A program made the position numbers and the translations under genes. The notes beneath the pieces were generated by a model. That model did no database searches, was not told the DNA's origin, and was given only the letters and a program-made list of their open reading frames with translations. From positions 1-51,351 of the forward strand of contig CAZDKH010000012.1 of NCBI GenBank assembly GCA_964506225.1: DNA of 51,351 bases. Direction: 5' to 3'. Positions 12,811 through 23,249 of the stretch are shown piece by piece (positions within the stretch are counted from its first letter, which is position 1; every line of letters begins with the position of its first letter). Source of the stretch: an uncultured Gammaproteobacteria bacterium (GTDB lineage Bacteria > Patescibacteriota > Microgenomatia > UBA8517).

Positions 12811-13115
12811 AAGAGCAGTTTTTTAAATAGTTTAACTATTATTTGTTCTAGATTAGAAATTCTTTCTTCAAGTTGCGCCAGCTTCTTTTCATTGTAAGTT
12901 TTACTTTCTCGTTCTTCTTTACTCTCTTCAATAATCTGGGAAATGCTTACACCGGTAATTTTGGAAATCTCTGTCAAGGTGGGCATAGGCGGAATTGCTC
13001 TGCCTGTTTCATAAGCAGAGATTGTCTTATCGGATATACCCAATTTTTTGGCCAGGGATTTTTGGGATAAGCCTGACTGGATTCTGGCCTTTTTGATGTT
13101 TTCAAAGATTGTCAT
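12807..13115 (-). CDS. XRE-family HTH regulator
   Basis: LSQKSLAKKLGISDKTISAYETGRAIP. Confidence 0.92.
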   Translation of the reverse strand: MTIFENIKKARIQSGLSQKSLAKKLGISDKTISAYETGRAIPPMPTLTEISKITGVSISQIIEESKEERESKTYNEKKLAQLEERISNLEQIIVKLFKKLLL

Positions 13116-13220
13116 TTTTTAGCGAGACGTTTATTCTACGCTTATCTAATTCTATATGCAATTTCATTGACTCAAGTACAATTTAGTGATATATTAATCT
13201 AATTTCGTTAGACGGTATAA

Positions 13221-13382
13221 ATGCAATATAGACTTTTTATACATACTGAAAAAATTGAGATTATTACTCACGCCAAGGATGTCAAACATGCACTTCAAAT
13301 TTTCCGAAAAGTCTTAGAAAAAAGCGGAACCTCCCAGCTCTACTCAGATGAAAAGCTGTTAAAGTATATTACCAAACTTTGA
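13221..13382 (+). CDS. Small hypothetical protein, 53 aa (not in ORF track)
   Basis: MQYRLFIHTEKIEII...KYITKL; preceded by TTGACT-17-TATATT (13167-13195). Confidence 0.5.
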   Translation: MQYRLFIHTEKIEIITHAKDVKHALQIFRKVLEKSGTSQLYSDEKLLKYITKL

Positions 13383-13421
13383 CTTAATGTATTCGCTTTT
13401 GTATGTTAATATTGCCTTATT

Positions 13422-13985
13422 ATGACTCGCGAGGAAGCTCTTGCCCTTCTTGATAAACATTTAAAAACCTCAAATCTAAAAAGGCATTGTTTTGCGGTTG
13501 AGGCTGTTATGAGAGCGTTAGCCAGAAGATTTGACAAAGATGAAGAAAAGTGGGGACTGGTTGGCCTTTTGCATGACGGGGATTATGAAGAAACAAGAGA
13601 CACTCCTGAGTTTCACACAATAAAAATGGTTGAATGGTTGAAAAAAGAGGGTGTTACCGACAAAGAGGTCATTGGGGCTATCTTATCACACAATTTTGCC
13701 CACACGGGCCAAAACCCTCCAAAAAATCTTTTGGAGTGGTCTTTGTATTGCTGTGATGAATTGACAGGATTTATAGTTGCCTGTGCTCTTGTCAGGCCCG
13801 ATGCTTCTTTGGCTTCGGTTAATATAGAGTTTATGGAGAAAAAATGGAAAGAGAAATCTTTTGCCGCGGGGGTTAACAGACAACAAATTCAGGAGTGTGA
13901 GGGAAGACTTAAAATTCCACTTCGTGAGTTTATGCAAATTGCACTTTCTGCGATGCAGGGGATTTCCCAAGATTTGGGTTTGTGA
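13422..13985 (+). CDS. HDIG-domain metal-dependent hydrolase
   Basis: H...GLLHDGDYE, SH, DELTGFIVA, FAAGVNR. Confidence 0.9.
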   Translation: MTREEALALLDKHLKTSNLKRHCFAVEAVMRALARRFDKDEEKWGLVGLLHDGDYEETRDTPEFHTIKMVEWLKKEGVTDKEVIGAILSHNFAHTGQNPPKNLLEWSLYCCDELTGFIVACALVRPDASLASVNIEFMEKKWKEKSFAAGVNRQQIQECEGRLKIPLREFMQIALSAMQGISQDLGL

Positions 13986-13997
13986 TAAAATTGTCCA

Positions 13998-14137
13998 AAA
14001 GCGTTATTAGACAGAATCCAACTGTCGAGCTTCCCGAGGTAGCAATCGGGACGGGTTAGCCCGTAACAGCTTGAAATTAAGAATCAGTTGAGCTGGCACC
14101 TCCGAGATCTTCTTGGGCGCAACTTCACAAGAACTAA
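13998..14137 (+). promoter_or_regulatory. T-box riboswitch with ultrashort stem I and Ser (UCC) specifier
   Basis: GACAG-AAUCCAA-CUGUC stem I; stem IIA/B ACGGGUUAGCCCGUAACAGC; UGGCACC bulge at 14094-14100; extended -10 TGaTAAAAT at 13983-13991. Confidence 0.85.
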
Positions 14138-14782
14138 ATGGCAAAAATAATAATTATTCGCCACGCAGAATCAATAGCTAATACCTTGGGAATTTATCAG
14201 GGCCAGACTTATGACACTGGTTTATCTGACCTTGGCAAAAAGCAAGCTCAGGCCTTAGCTAAGAGACTTGCAAAAGAAAAAATTAACCGCATTCTTGCAA
14301 GCCCACTTAAAAGATCTCTTGAGACTGCATATGAGGTTGCAAGTGTAGTTGGTGTAAGTGTGAAGATAGAAAGAAAGCTAATTGAAACAAATCACGGTAA
14401 ATGGGAAGGAAAAGACAAAAGGTGGATACAAGCTAACTATCCGAATATTTTGACGACCTGGAAAGAAAGACCCCTGGAAGCTTTTTTCCCCGGAGGAGAG
14501 AAATTCATTCAAACGGTAGACAGGGTTGGCAAGTTTTTGGCAAGATCCCATTGGCAAGGTAACACATTAGTTATGACCCACGATAACATTGTGCGAATAA
14601 TAGTTTGTTTGGCCCAAGATCTTGATATTAACAAAATGTGGGAATTTGATCTTGAGCCGTCAGCGATCAATACCTTCAAAATAGAAGATATTAATGGTAC
14701 GAAAAAGATTAAGATAGTTAAACTTAATGAAACTTCCCATCTAAAAAATTTGCGTGCCAATTTGAGTTCCCACGCGTTATAA
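14138..14782 (+). CDS. Histidine phosphatase, probable metal-independent phosphoserine phosphatase (PspA/iPSP type)
   Basis: RHAES, YQG, SPLKR, ETNHG, TH, LNETSHL; lies between a Ser T-box and serS. Confidence 0.8.
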   Translation: MAKIIIIRHAESIANTLGIYQGQTYDTGLSDLGKKQAQALAKRLAKEKINRILASPLKRSLETAYEVASVVGVSVKIERKLIETNHGKWEGKDKRWIQANYPNILTTWKERPLEAFFPGGEKFIQTVDRVGKFLARSHWQGNTLVMTHDNIVRIIVCLAQDLDINKMWEFDLEPSAINTFKIEDINGTKKIKIVKLNETSHLKNLRANLSSHAL

Positions 14783-14789
14783 TAGAAAA

Positions 14790-16037
14790 ATGTTAGACAT
14801 TCAGTTTATTAGGGATAATCCTAAGGAGGTTAAAAAGGGTGTTGCCGCCAAGCAGTTTGACCCTAAATTAGTTGATAAGGTTTTGGAGCTTGATAAAAAG
14901 AGGCGTGACCTGGTTGCCAAAGTTGATGAGTTAAGAAGCCAAAGAAACAGACTAGCCCGAGAAAAAAGGATTAACGAGGGGAAACAAGTCAAAGAGAAAC
15001 TCCAAGGTATTGAGCCTCAGTTGGAGGAGGTCGAAAAAGAGTTTTTAGATATTTTGAATCAGATTCCTAACTTACCACTACCTCAAGTTCCAGTTGGTAA
15101 AAATGAAAAAGAAAATGTAGAAGTAAGGCGTTGGGGAACTCCGCGGGATTTTGGCAAAGATGGTTTTGAGCCTAAGGATCATTTGGAATTAGGGCAAAGT
15201 TTGGGGATTTTGGATTTTGAGACAGGGGCAAAGGTAGCCGGTTCGCAGTTTTATTATTTATATGGGGATGGAGCGCTTTTGGAGTTGGCGCTTGTGCAGT
15301 ATGCTTTTGAAGTTTTGCAGAAAGAAGGCTTTGAGCCTGTGATTACTCCTGATTTGGCAAAATCGCGATACTATCTGGGGACCGGCTATGCTCCTCGCGG
15401 AAAGGAAGCACAAACGTATGTTATTGAAGGCGAGGATTTGGGGCTTATTGCCACTGCCGAGGTAACTCTGGCCGGGAGACACGCCGATGAAATAATTCCC
15501 GAGGAGAAACTGCCCATAAAGTATATAGGTTATTCGCATTGTTTTAGACAGGAGGCCGGAGCTTATGGCAAATACTCAAAAGGGCTTTACAGGGTTCATC
15601 AATTTACAAAGGCCGAGATGTTTATCTTTTGCAAGCCAGAGGAGTCCGAAGCAATGCACGAGCATATATTGCAAATGGAGGAAAAAATTTATCAAAACTT
15701 GGGGCTTCCTTACCGAGTAGTTGAGATGTGCACGGCAGATTTAGGGGCAATGGCGGCCAGGAAATTTGATATTGAAGCATGGATGCCCAGCCGCAATGAT
15801 TATGGAGAGGTTACTTCGACCTCAAACTGTACTGATTATCAGGCAAGAAATTTGAATGTTAAACTCAAAAGAAAAAATGGCAAGACCGAGTATTTGCACA
15901 TGCTAAACGGCACAGCAATTGCAACTTCTAGAACTCCTCTTGCAATTTTGGAGAATTACCAGCAAAAAGATGGGACAATTATTATCCCCGATGTTTTGAG
16001 AAAGTGGATAGGGAAGGAGAAAATCACAAGGGGCTAG
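14790..16037 (+). CDS. serS: Seryl-tRNA synthetase
   Basis: MLDIQFIR, LIATAE, FRQEAG, RVHQF, SNCTDYQAR, LNGTA. Confidence 0.98.
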   Translation: MLDIQFIRDNPKEVKKGVAAKQFDPKLVDKVLELDKKRRDLVAKVDELRSQRNRLAREKRINEGKQVKEKLQGIEPQLEEVEKEFLDILNQIPNLPLPQVPVGKNEKENVEVRRWGTPRDFGKDGFEPKDHLELGQSLGILDFETGAKVAGSQFYYLYGDGALLELALVQYAFEVLQKEGFEPVITPDLAKSRYYLGTGYAPRGKEAQTYVIEGEDLGLIATAEVTLAGRHADEIIPEEKLPIKYIGYSHCFRQEAGAYGKYSKGLYRVHQFTKAEMFIFCKPEESEAMHEHILQMEEKIYQNLGLPYRVVEMCTADLGAMAARKFDIEAWMPSRNDYGEVTSTSNCTDYQARNLNVKLKRKNGKTEYLHMLNGTAIATSRTPLAILENYQQKDGTIIIPDVLRKWIGKEKITRG

Positions 16038-16269
16038 TTGTTTGGGAAGATTCCAGCTTTGTTATTCTATCTTCGTGATCCGAAATTTTGTGAGCAATAA
16101 TTGTTCTTTCTTCGCGTGAATCTCTTATTTCCTTTACAAATGCATCTAATTTATCAAAAATATCACTTTTTAATTGACTCAACGCCCTATTAAGATCAAG
16201 CTTAGTGACAAAAGTTTTTTCAAGTTCATTTATATCTTTTTGTGTTAGCATGTTTTGATTTAATGTCAT
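16024..16269 (-). CDS. Small coiled-coil hypothetical protein
   Basis: FVTKxDL...DHEDRITKLE pattern. Confidence 0.65.
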   Translation of the reverse strand: MTLNQNMLTQKDINELEKTFVTKLDLNRALSQLKSDIFDKLDAFVKEIRDSREERTIIAHKISDHEDRITKLESSQTTSPL

Positions 16270-16294
16270 GAAAAGTTAACTGTCAATTCCATGT

Positions 16295-17482
16295 TCAAGG
16301 TTTATAGTACTTTTTGTTCTTAATCTTTTCAGGTAACAAGCTTTCCTTTGTATAAGGCTCATAACCTTTTCCGTACCCTAAATCCTTCATGAGTTTTGTG
16401 GGTGCATTGCGGATTTGCAGGGGTATGGGGAGGTTTCCATACTTTTTAACATCCTCCAAAGCTCTCATATAGGCTTCATATGCGCTTCTGTCTTTTTTGG
16501 CTGTTGCCAGATATACGGTTCCTGCAGCCAAGTTTTCCTGACATTCTGGTAGCCCAACTTGCTGGCATGCTTGAAAGACTGCATTTGCTACAACTAAGGC
16601 TGTAGGGGAAGCAACATCTTCACTAGCAAACACCACCATCCTGCGAGCTATATACAGGGGATCTTGGCCTGCCTCGACCATGCGTGCTAGGTAATAAAGT
16701 GCTGCATCGACATTTGATGCACGCATTGATTTGATGAAAGCAGATATAATGTTGTAGTGTTCTTCGCCATGTTTGTCGAAGGTTAGCTGACGTCTTTGCA
16801 GAGCTTCTTCAATATCTCTTGTATTTAGTATTTTGTGTTTAGGATTTAGATTTTTGGCTATTTCTAAGACATTAAGAGCCACCCTAGCATCACCATTTGA
16901 GGATTCTATTAGGAACTTTTGAGCGTTTTTATCAAGGTTGATTTTTAATTCGCCAAGACCTTTTTTAATTATTTCCTTTAAGTCTTTTTCCGAAAGTTGA
17001 TTAAGTATCAAGACCCTGCAACGGCTCATTAAAGGCCCAATGACTTCAAATGAAGGGTTTTCAGTCGTGGCACCGATTAAAATTATTTCTCCGCGCTCAA
17101 CATGGGGCAAAAGTTTATCTTGCTGGGCTTTATTAAAACGATGAATCTCGTCTAAAAAAATAATAGGCACTAGGGAATAGGTGTTAGGCAATAGTTCTTT
17201 TTGGGATGTTTGTCTTATCACATTTTCGATATCTTTGGTTTTGGTGTTTACGGCTGAGAATTCGTAAAATTCTCTTTTTAGGTTATTTGCAATTATTTTT
17301 GCCAAGGTGGTCTTACCGCAACCAGGAGGACCCCAAAAAATAAGAGACGGAAAGAAGGAGGATTTTTGAGCGTTTTTAAGAAGTTTACTAATAATTCCAT
17401 TTTTACCTACAAGATGTTCCTGTCCCACAAACTCCCCAAGATTTTTTGGTCTAATTTTTTCAGGCAAGGGCACTTTATCCAT
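16295..17482 (-). CDS. rarA: Replication-associated recombination protein A (MgsA)
   Basis: [43 protein letters not shown]. Confidence 0.97.
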   Translation of the reverse strand: MDKVPLPEKIRPKNLGEFVGQEHLVGKNGIISKLLKNAQKSSFFPSLIFWGPPGCGKTTLAKIIANNLKREFYEFSAVNTKTKDIENVIRQTSQKELLPNTYSLVPIIFLDEIHRFNKAQQDKLLPHVERGEIILIGATTENPSFEVIGPLMSRCRVLILNQLSEKDLKEIIKKGLGELKINLDKNAQKFLIESSNGDARVALNVLEIAKNLNPKHKILNTRDIEEALQRRQLTFDKHGEEHYNIISAFIKSMRASNVDAALYYLARMVEAGQDPLYIARRMVVFASEDVASPTALVVANAVFQACQQVGLPECQENLAAGTVYLATAKKDRSAYEAYMRALEDVKKYGNLPIPLQIRNAPTKLMKDLGYGKGYEPYTKESLLPEKIKNKKYYKP

Positions 17483-17556
17483 AGGTTTTTTATTATAATT
17501 CCAAATAAATCCCGAAGTAAAGACAGAATATTTAAAAATAATGTTAGAATCAATTC

Positions 17557-19377
17557 ATGAACCCCAAAATCACCATGGATAGAATTGGCCAAGTTATCTT
17601 TACTTTCAAGGAAGTAAGTAAAATCATGGCTCGCGTGAATAGAAGGCTTTTGCTTTTTGTCTTTTTTTTCAACGCACTTTCAGGATTTATAGTTATCCCC
17701 AGTCTTTATCTTGAAAAACTTATTTTAGATAAGTTAATAGGAGGTATTGGAAACCCCAACTGGAAGTTTGCGCTTTATACAGTCTCAATTTTAATTTTTT
17801 TAAGGCTTGTTCTTGAGCTTTTTAGAAATATTATCTCAAAGGTAAGTTCATTCCTAAGAAGGATGCTTTCAAGAACTTTTGATGCTGAGCTTGATATGCT
17901 GATGGCTAAAAAACTTTCTGAACTTGATATAGCAACAATCGAAAGCCCCTCTTTTAAGGATCGCTTCGATAAAATTCAAAGAGAGTCGGGCAGGCGAGCA
18001 TGGTCACTGATGATGCCCATCAGTGAACTTCCGAATTATCTGGTTGGTTTTGCCTCTGCTGTTGGCCTTTTGGTGTTCCTAAGTCCCCTAATTGCCATTG
18101 GTGTTGTTATTGTTTCCACGCCACAATTTCTGGTTGACTCAAAGTTTATCCGCAAGGAATATGAGCTTAATTCTTATCTTGCCCCACTTCATAGACTTTG
18201 GGGTTGGCTTAGTTATTTTTTGATAAGAAATAGAAATTTTATGGAACTTAAGGTACTGAATTTATCAACACATCTGTCTCTCAAATTGAGAAAAGTCCAG
18301 AAAGAAGTTTTGAACAAATATGTAGATCTTCATAAGAAAAGGGAGTTATCAAATTTTGGCAGTATCTTGCCCTTAACTTTTTTTGAGTTTTTGGTTTCAA
18401 TCTGGCTTGTGTTTTGGGTGTTGACACAAAAGATTACAGTTGGTTCCTTTCAGATGTATTTAAGGGCTTTTCGTTCTGCGCAGAGCAATTTATCTGATAT
18501 AGTTTCTGCAATCTTGGAAATTTATGAAAATTATATTTATGTTTCAGACTTAGTTTGGCTTTTAAATCTTGAACCAGTAATTGAAAATACCAAAAAAGGT
18601 AAAGTTTTGGAACCTGGGAAAAATTACTCATTATCTTTTAGGAATGTTTGGTTTAAGTACAAGAAAAAAGATCCATGGATTTTGAAAAATATAAATTTTT
18701 CTGTTTCTTTCGGTGAACGAATTGCAATTGTTGGTGAAAACGGAGCTGGTAAGTCGACTCTTATTAAGCTTATTGCAAGATTTTATGATCCGCAAAAAGG
18801 CGAAGTTCTTGTTGGGAAGGAAGATATAAGGCGTGTCAATCTTTTAAGTTGGCGAAGAAAACTTGCTATTCTTTTTCAAAAATTTGAGACTTATCCTTTT
18901 TCGGCAAAGGAATCCATTGGTTATGGAGACATAAAGAGGTTAAAAGAATTTTCCCAAATACAGAATGCTGCGATAAAAACTGGTATTAACGAGTTTATAG
19001 AAGCTCTTCCTAAAAGATATGATAACCCCTTGGCACCGGAATTTGAAAAGGGGGTAGATTTATCCATGGGTCAGTGGCAACGTCTTGGAATTTCAAGAAT
19101 GCTTTTTAGAAAGGATGCGGACATTATAATAATGGATGAGCCCACAAGTAATGTTGATCCAAATGCAGAAGAGGAAATATTTAATCAACTTTTAAAACAA
19201 GCTGAGGGGAAAATTTTGATTTTTGTTTCTCAGAGGTTCTCAACAGTCAGAAAAGCAGATAAAATTTATGTTATGAATAAAGGAAGATTTGTCGAAGAGG
19301 GGACCCACGAAAGTCTTATGGCTAAAAAGGGACTGTATTGGAGACTTTTTACTACTCAAGCAAAGGGTTATAGTTAA
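17557..19377 (+). CDS. ABC exporter, fused permease and ATPase
   Basis: N-terminal TM helices; GENGAGKST, LSMGQWQR, MDEPTS. Confidence 0.93.
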   Translation: MNPKITMDRIGQVIFTFKEVSKIMARVNRRLLLFVFFFNALSGFIVIPSLYLEKLILDKLIGGIGNPNWKFALYTVSILIFLRLVLELFRNIISKVSSFLRRMLSRTFDAELDMLMAKKLSELDIATIESPSFKDRFDKIQRESGRRAWSLMMPISELPNYLVGFASAVGLLVFLSPLIAIGVVIVSTPQFLVDSKFIRKEYELNSYLAPLHRLWGWLSYFLIRNRNFMELKVLNLSTHLSLKLRKVQKEVLNKYVDLHKKRELSNFGSILPLTFFEFLVSIWLVFWVLTQKITVGSFQMYLRAFRSAQSNLSDIVSAILEIYENYIYVSDLVWLLNLEPVIENTKKGKVLEPGKNYSLSFRNVWFKYKKKDPWILKNINFSVSFGERIAIVGENGAGKSTLIKLIARFYDPQKGEVLVGKEDIRRVNLLSWRRKLAILFQKFETYPFSAKESIGYGDIKRLKEFSQIQNAAIKTGINEFIEALPKRYDNPLAPEFEKGVDLSMGQWQRLGISRMLFRKDADIIIMDEPTSNVDPNAEEEIFNQLLKQAEGKILIFVSQRFSTVRKADKIYVMNKGRFVEEGTHESLMAKKGLYWRLFTTQAKGYS

Positions 19378-19394
19378 AATTTCTAATTATTCTG

Positions 19395-20039
19395 ATGTCT
19401 AATTTCACTAAGCTATTGACCGGGATGAAAATATTGGAAGAGGTTATTTCTCCTATCAACGGAAAGTTGACGGTGATTCGGGATTTGACCTTTGGGACTT
19501 ATATCCACGGTGGAGGAATTACCCAGTCTGGCGGGATTGCACAGTTAATCTGGAAAAAGCCCCTCGTGAGGCTTCAAAACTTTGAAATTCGAAATTGTTT
19601 AATTCTTGGTCTTGGAGGAGGGGGAATAGTAAGACTTATTAGAAAGAACTGGCCCAAGGTAAAAATTGTAGGTGTTGATATTGATCCGGTAATAGTGGAT
19701 TTAGGAAGAAAATATTTGGGTTTAGATAAAGAGGGTGTTGAAATAGTTATTGATGATGCCTATAACTTCGTAGCTAAAAAACCCCAACTTAAAAGTTGGG
19801 ATTTGGTTTGTGTTGATATTTATCTAGGCCAAGAATATCCAAGAAAATTTGAAGAAAGAAAGTTTATAGAGGGGGTCAAAAAAGTTCTTGGCAAAAATGG
19901 ATTTGCCGTTTTTAACCGTCTTTATTATGAAGAAAAAAGAATCCAGGCAGTAAGATTTTTGCATCTTTTAGAGAAAACCTTTTCAAAAGTAGATGTGGTG
20001 TACCCCAAAGCAAATATAATGTTTATTTGTTCTTCTTAG
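19395..20039 (+). CDS. SAM-dependent methyltransferase, spermidine synthase-like fold
   Basis: LILGLGGG, VDIDP, DDA, VD motifs. Confidence 0.8.
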   Translation: MSNFTKLLTGMKILEEVISPINGKLTVIRDLTFGTYIHGGGITQSGGIAQLIWKKPLVRLQNFEIRNCLILGLGGGGIVRLIRKNWPKVKIVGVDIDPVIVDLGRKYLGLDKEGVEIVIDDAYNFVAKKPQLKSWDLVCVDIYLGQEYPRKFEERKFIEGVKKVLGKNGFAVFNRLYYEEKRIQAVRFLHLLEKTFSKVDVVYPKANIMFICSS

Positions 20040-20082
20040 GTCTGCACCGGAAGCTCTAATTCTGGTAAAATAACACTGTTTT

Positions 20083-22788
20083 ATGTTAAGAAATATTTTC
20101 TCACGAATTTTGGATATCAATAGAAGGGAAGTTGAGAGACTTCAGAGGGTTGTCAAAAAAATCAATGAACTGGAGGGGGTTACTAAAAAGCTGAAGAATG
20201 AAGATTTTGCAAAAGAAACTGCCAAGCTCAAAGAAAGAATTCACCAAAAAGAGCCCCTAGAGAATATCCTTCCTATTGCTTTTGCTCTTGCGAGGGAGGC
20301 TTCATGGAGAGCAATAGGCTTGAGACCTTTCGATGTACAATTAATGGCTTCAGTGGCTCTTTTTGAAGGTAAAATTGCCGAGCAAAAAACCGGAGAAGGG
20401 AAAACTTTATCAGCAGTACCTGCTTTATATCTTCGAGCCCTAGTAGGTAAAGGAGCTCATCTTGTAACTGTTAATGATTATCTGGCAAGGCGTGACGCTG
20501 GCTGGAATGGTCCTATTTTTCATCTTCTTGGTCTTTCTGTCGGGTCAATAATTCAGGAGATGAAATCTTTTGTTTACGACCCTGAATACAACGACACTAG
20601 TCACGGAGATGAACGTTTGGCACACCTTAGACCAACTGAGCGCAGAGAAGCCTACAGAGCCGATATAACTTATGGAACGAATAATGAATTTGGTTTTGAT
20701 TATCTTCGGGATAATATGGTTGCCAGCAAAGAGGAAAAAGTGCAAAGAGGGCACTATTTTGCAATTGTTGATGAAGTGGACTCTGTTTTGATTGACGAGG
20801 CGCGAACACCCCTTATCATCTCAATGCCTGATACCGAACCTACTCAAAAATATTACAAATTTGCCGAGATAGTTGATAAGCTTGATTCACTTTCTGATTA
20901 TAAGATTGATGAAAAGTCAAAATCGGCTACGCTTACCGAACATGGTATCACCAAAGTAGAGAAAATTTTAGGTGTTGATAATCTTTATGAAAAGGACTTT
21001 GATGCTATTCATCATATTGAGAATGCACTAAGAGCAAGAACTCTTTATCTGAGAGACCGAGACTATGTCGTTAAGGATAATCAGGTAATTATAGTTGACG
21101 AGTTTACGGGAAGACTTATGTTTGGAAGACGTTGGAGTGATGGGCTGCATCAGGCTGTGGAGGCAAAAGAAAAAGTTCCCATTCAGCAGGAGAGTAAGAC
21201 CTTGGCCACTATTTCATTTCAAAATTACTTTAGGATGTATGAGGTCTTGTCTGGAATGACAGGTACCGCAGCTACCGAAGCAGAAGAATTTCGTAAGATC
21301 TACAAGCTTGACGTGGTTGTAATTCCTACCCATAAACCAATGATTCGTAAGGATTATCCCGATGTTGTTTATAAAACTGTTCGGGCAAAGTATGGGGCAA
21401 TTATAAGAGAGATAGAGGAAAAGTATAAAATCGGTCAACCCGTTCTTGTTGGTACAACTTCTATTGAAAAAAATGAAATTATTGACGCCTATTTAAAGCG
21501 CAAAGGAATTCCTCACAATGTTCTCAACGCCAAAAATCATGAAAAAGAAGCAATGATTATTGCTGATGCTGGCAAGCCAGGGGCTGTAACAGTCGCTACA
21601 AATATGGCAGGTAGAGGAGTTGATATAGTTTTGGGGGGAAGTCCTCCGGATAAACCTCAGGCTATGACTCGTGAGGAATATGAGAGGACTTTGGAGTATA
21701 AAAATTGGTTAAGACTGCACGAGAAGGTTATAAGAGCTGGCGGTTTACATGTTATTGGGACCGAGAGGCATGAGTCCCGCAGGATTGACAATCAACTCCG
21801 TGGCCGTTCGGGCCGGCAGGGAGACCCTGGTTCCTCGAGATTTTTTCTTTCCCTTGAGGATGACCTGATGAGAATTTTTGGTGGGGAGCAAATCAAAAAT
21901 TTGATGGACACTCTTAAGATTCCCGAGGATCAACCTATTGAGAATAAAATTGTAAGTCGGGCAATCGAGGGAGCTCAAGTTAAAGTTGAAGGATTTAATT
22001 TTGATATCAGAAAGAATTTGGTGGAGTTTGACGATGTTACTAATCAGCAAAGGCGAATTGTTTATAAATTAAGGGATCGAATTTTGGGTGCTGCAAATTT
22101 GAGAGAAGAGATTTTAGAAAAGCTTTCTAACCAAATAGAAGGTCTTCTTCTGACAAGTTGGTTTGATGACCAAAAGCCTGACTATGAAAAAATTCTGGTA
22201 GGGCTTCTTGAGATAGTTCCTTTTGACGATAATTCTCGCGAAGAACTCAAAAAAAGGCTTGGCAAAATCAAAAATCGTGATAAAGCAAAAGAGTTTCTTA
22301 ATAAGGTGATTCAAGACGTTTATAACGCTCGGGAGAAACAGGTCGGTGAAGAGATTATGAGAAAGATTGAAAAATACGCTTACCTTGGGGCAATTGACCA
22401 CCTTTGGATTGATCATATTGATATGATTGACGCTTTAAGAGAGGGTGTGAGGCTTAGGGCTTTTGGTCAGAAAGACCCCTTGGTGGAATTTAAAAATGAA
22501 GCATATGAGCTTTTTGAGGGCTTGATTGGGAGGATTGATGAGGAATTGGCTAGACGCATCTTTAGAATCGGAGTTGCACAAAGACCCCAAGAGATTCCGC
22601 TTGAGGAAGCTCGGACAAATGTTGATAGAGTTGACGCGATGGGTTTGGCCGCAGAAGACGCAGATACTACTGCTCAAATAGGTCAACCCCTAAAGGTTTC
22701 AAAACATAAGAAGATAGGTAGAAATGATCCCTGTTGGTGCGGCAGTGGCAAAAAGTGGAAAAAATGCCATTATCCCCAAGAGGGATAA
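20083..22788 (+). CDS. secA: Preprotein translocase SecA
   Basis: TGEGKT, DEVDS, ATNMAGRG, QLRGRSGRQGDPG, C-terminal GRNDPCWCGSGKKWKKCH. Confidence 0.99.
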   Translation: MLRNIFSRILDINRREVERLQRVVKKINELEGVTKKLKNEDFAKETAKLKERIHQKEPLENILPIAFALAREASWRAIGLRPFDVQLMASVALFEGKIAEQKTGEGKTLSAVPALYLRALVGKGAHLVTVNDYLARRDAGWNGPIFHLLGLSVGSIIQEMKSFVYDPEYNDTSHGDERLAHLRPTERREAYRADITYGTNNEFGFDYLRDNMVASKEEKVQRGHYFAIVDEVDSVLIDEARTPLIISMPDTEPTQKYYKFAEIVDKLDSLSDYKIDEKSKSATLTEHGITKVEKILGVDNLYEKDFDAIHHIENALRARTLYLRDRDYVVKDNQVIIVDEFTGRLMFGRRWSDGLHQAVEAKEKVPIQQESKTLATISFQNYFRMYEVLSGMTGTAATEAEEFRKIYKLDVVVIPTHKPMIRKDYPDVVYKTVRAKYGAIIREIEEKYKIGQPVLVGTTSIEKNEIIDAYLKRKGIPHNVLNAKNHEKEAMIIADAGKPGAVTVATNMAGRGVDIVLGGSPPDKPQAMTREEYERTLEYKNWLRLHEKVIRAGGLHVIGTERHESRRIDNQLRGRSGRQGDPGSSRFFLSLEDDLMRIFGGEQIKNLMDTLKIPEDQPIENKIVSRAIEGAQVKVEGFNFDIRKNLVEFDDVTNQQRRIVYKLRDRILGAANLREEILEKLSNQIEGLLLTSWFDDQKPDYEKILVGLLEIVPFDDNSREELKKRLGKIKNRDKAKEFLNKVIQDVYNAREKQVGEEIMRKIEKYAYLGAIDHLWIDHIDMIDALREGVRLRAFGQKDPLVEFKNEAYELFEGLIGRIDEELARRIFRIGVAQRPQEIPLEEARTNVDRVDAMGLAAEDADTTAQIGQPLKVSKHKKIGRNDPCWCGSGKKWKKCHYPQEG

Positions 22789-22813
22789 ATAAAAGGATTT
22801 GTGATTACTTCAA

Positions 22814-22834
22814 TGTACTAGTACGGTAATACAA
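22814..22834. repeat. Copy 1 of a 21-bp imperfect repeat with palindromic core GTACTAGTAC
   Basis: TGTACTAGTACGGTAATACAA; 19/21 identical to 31289-31309. Confidence 0.7.
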
Positions 22835-23249
22835 TATAGTTGGGAATTTTTGTAGAGACAGGGTTTTTTTAAAATGTGAATTTAGGAATTGGATTTGGGA
22901 ATAATTTTAGGGGCTCAACTTGGGTGCGTTTTTTAATACGGGAACCAGTCCGAGGGATTTCTGAGAATTTAATTAAAAAGGACGTTGAGGAAGAAAATTT
23001 ATTTTCTAGTCTGCTAAAGGAGGAGAAAATAGGACATTTTTGTTACAATACAGAAAAATTGAGGGAGATTGTCATGATATTAAACCTTCAAAAAATTAAT
23101 TACCCAATAAATATAGAGAAAAAAAGTTGTAATTTGTTAGAATTAAGAAAATAAATTAAAAAATGGGTTTATAATAAAACTTACCCGAGTTTTACTTTTT
23201 CCAAAATTCGGGAGATACTATTGAAATATAGCAGTTATTTGGTGAGGTA

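Noticed and set aside
22876-23154. 92-aa ORF after secA
   Set aside because: Very AT-rich, GTG start, no motif; more likely intergenic or decayed sequence
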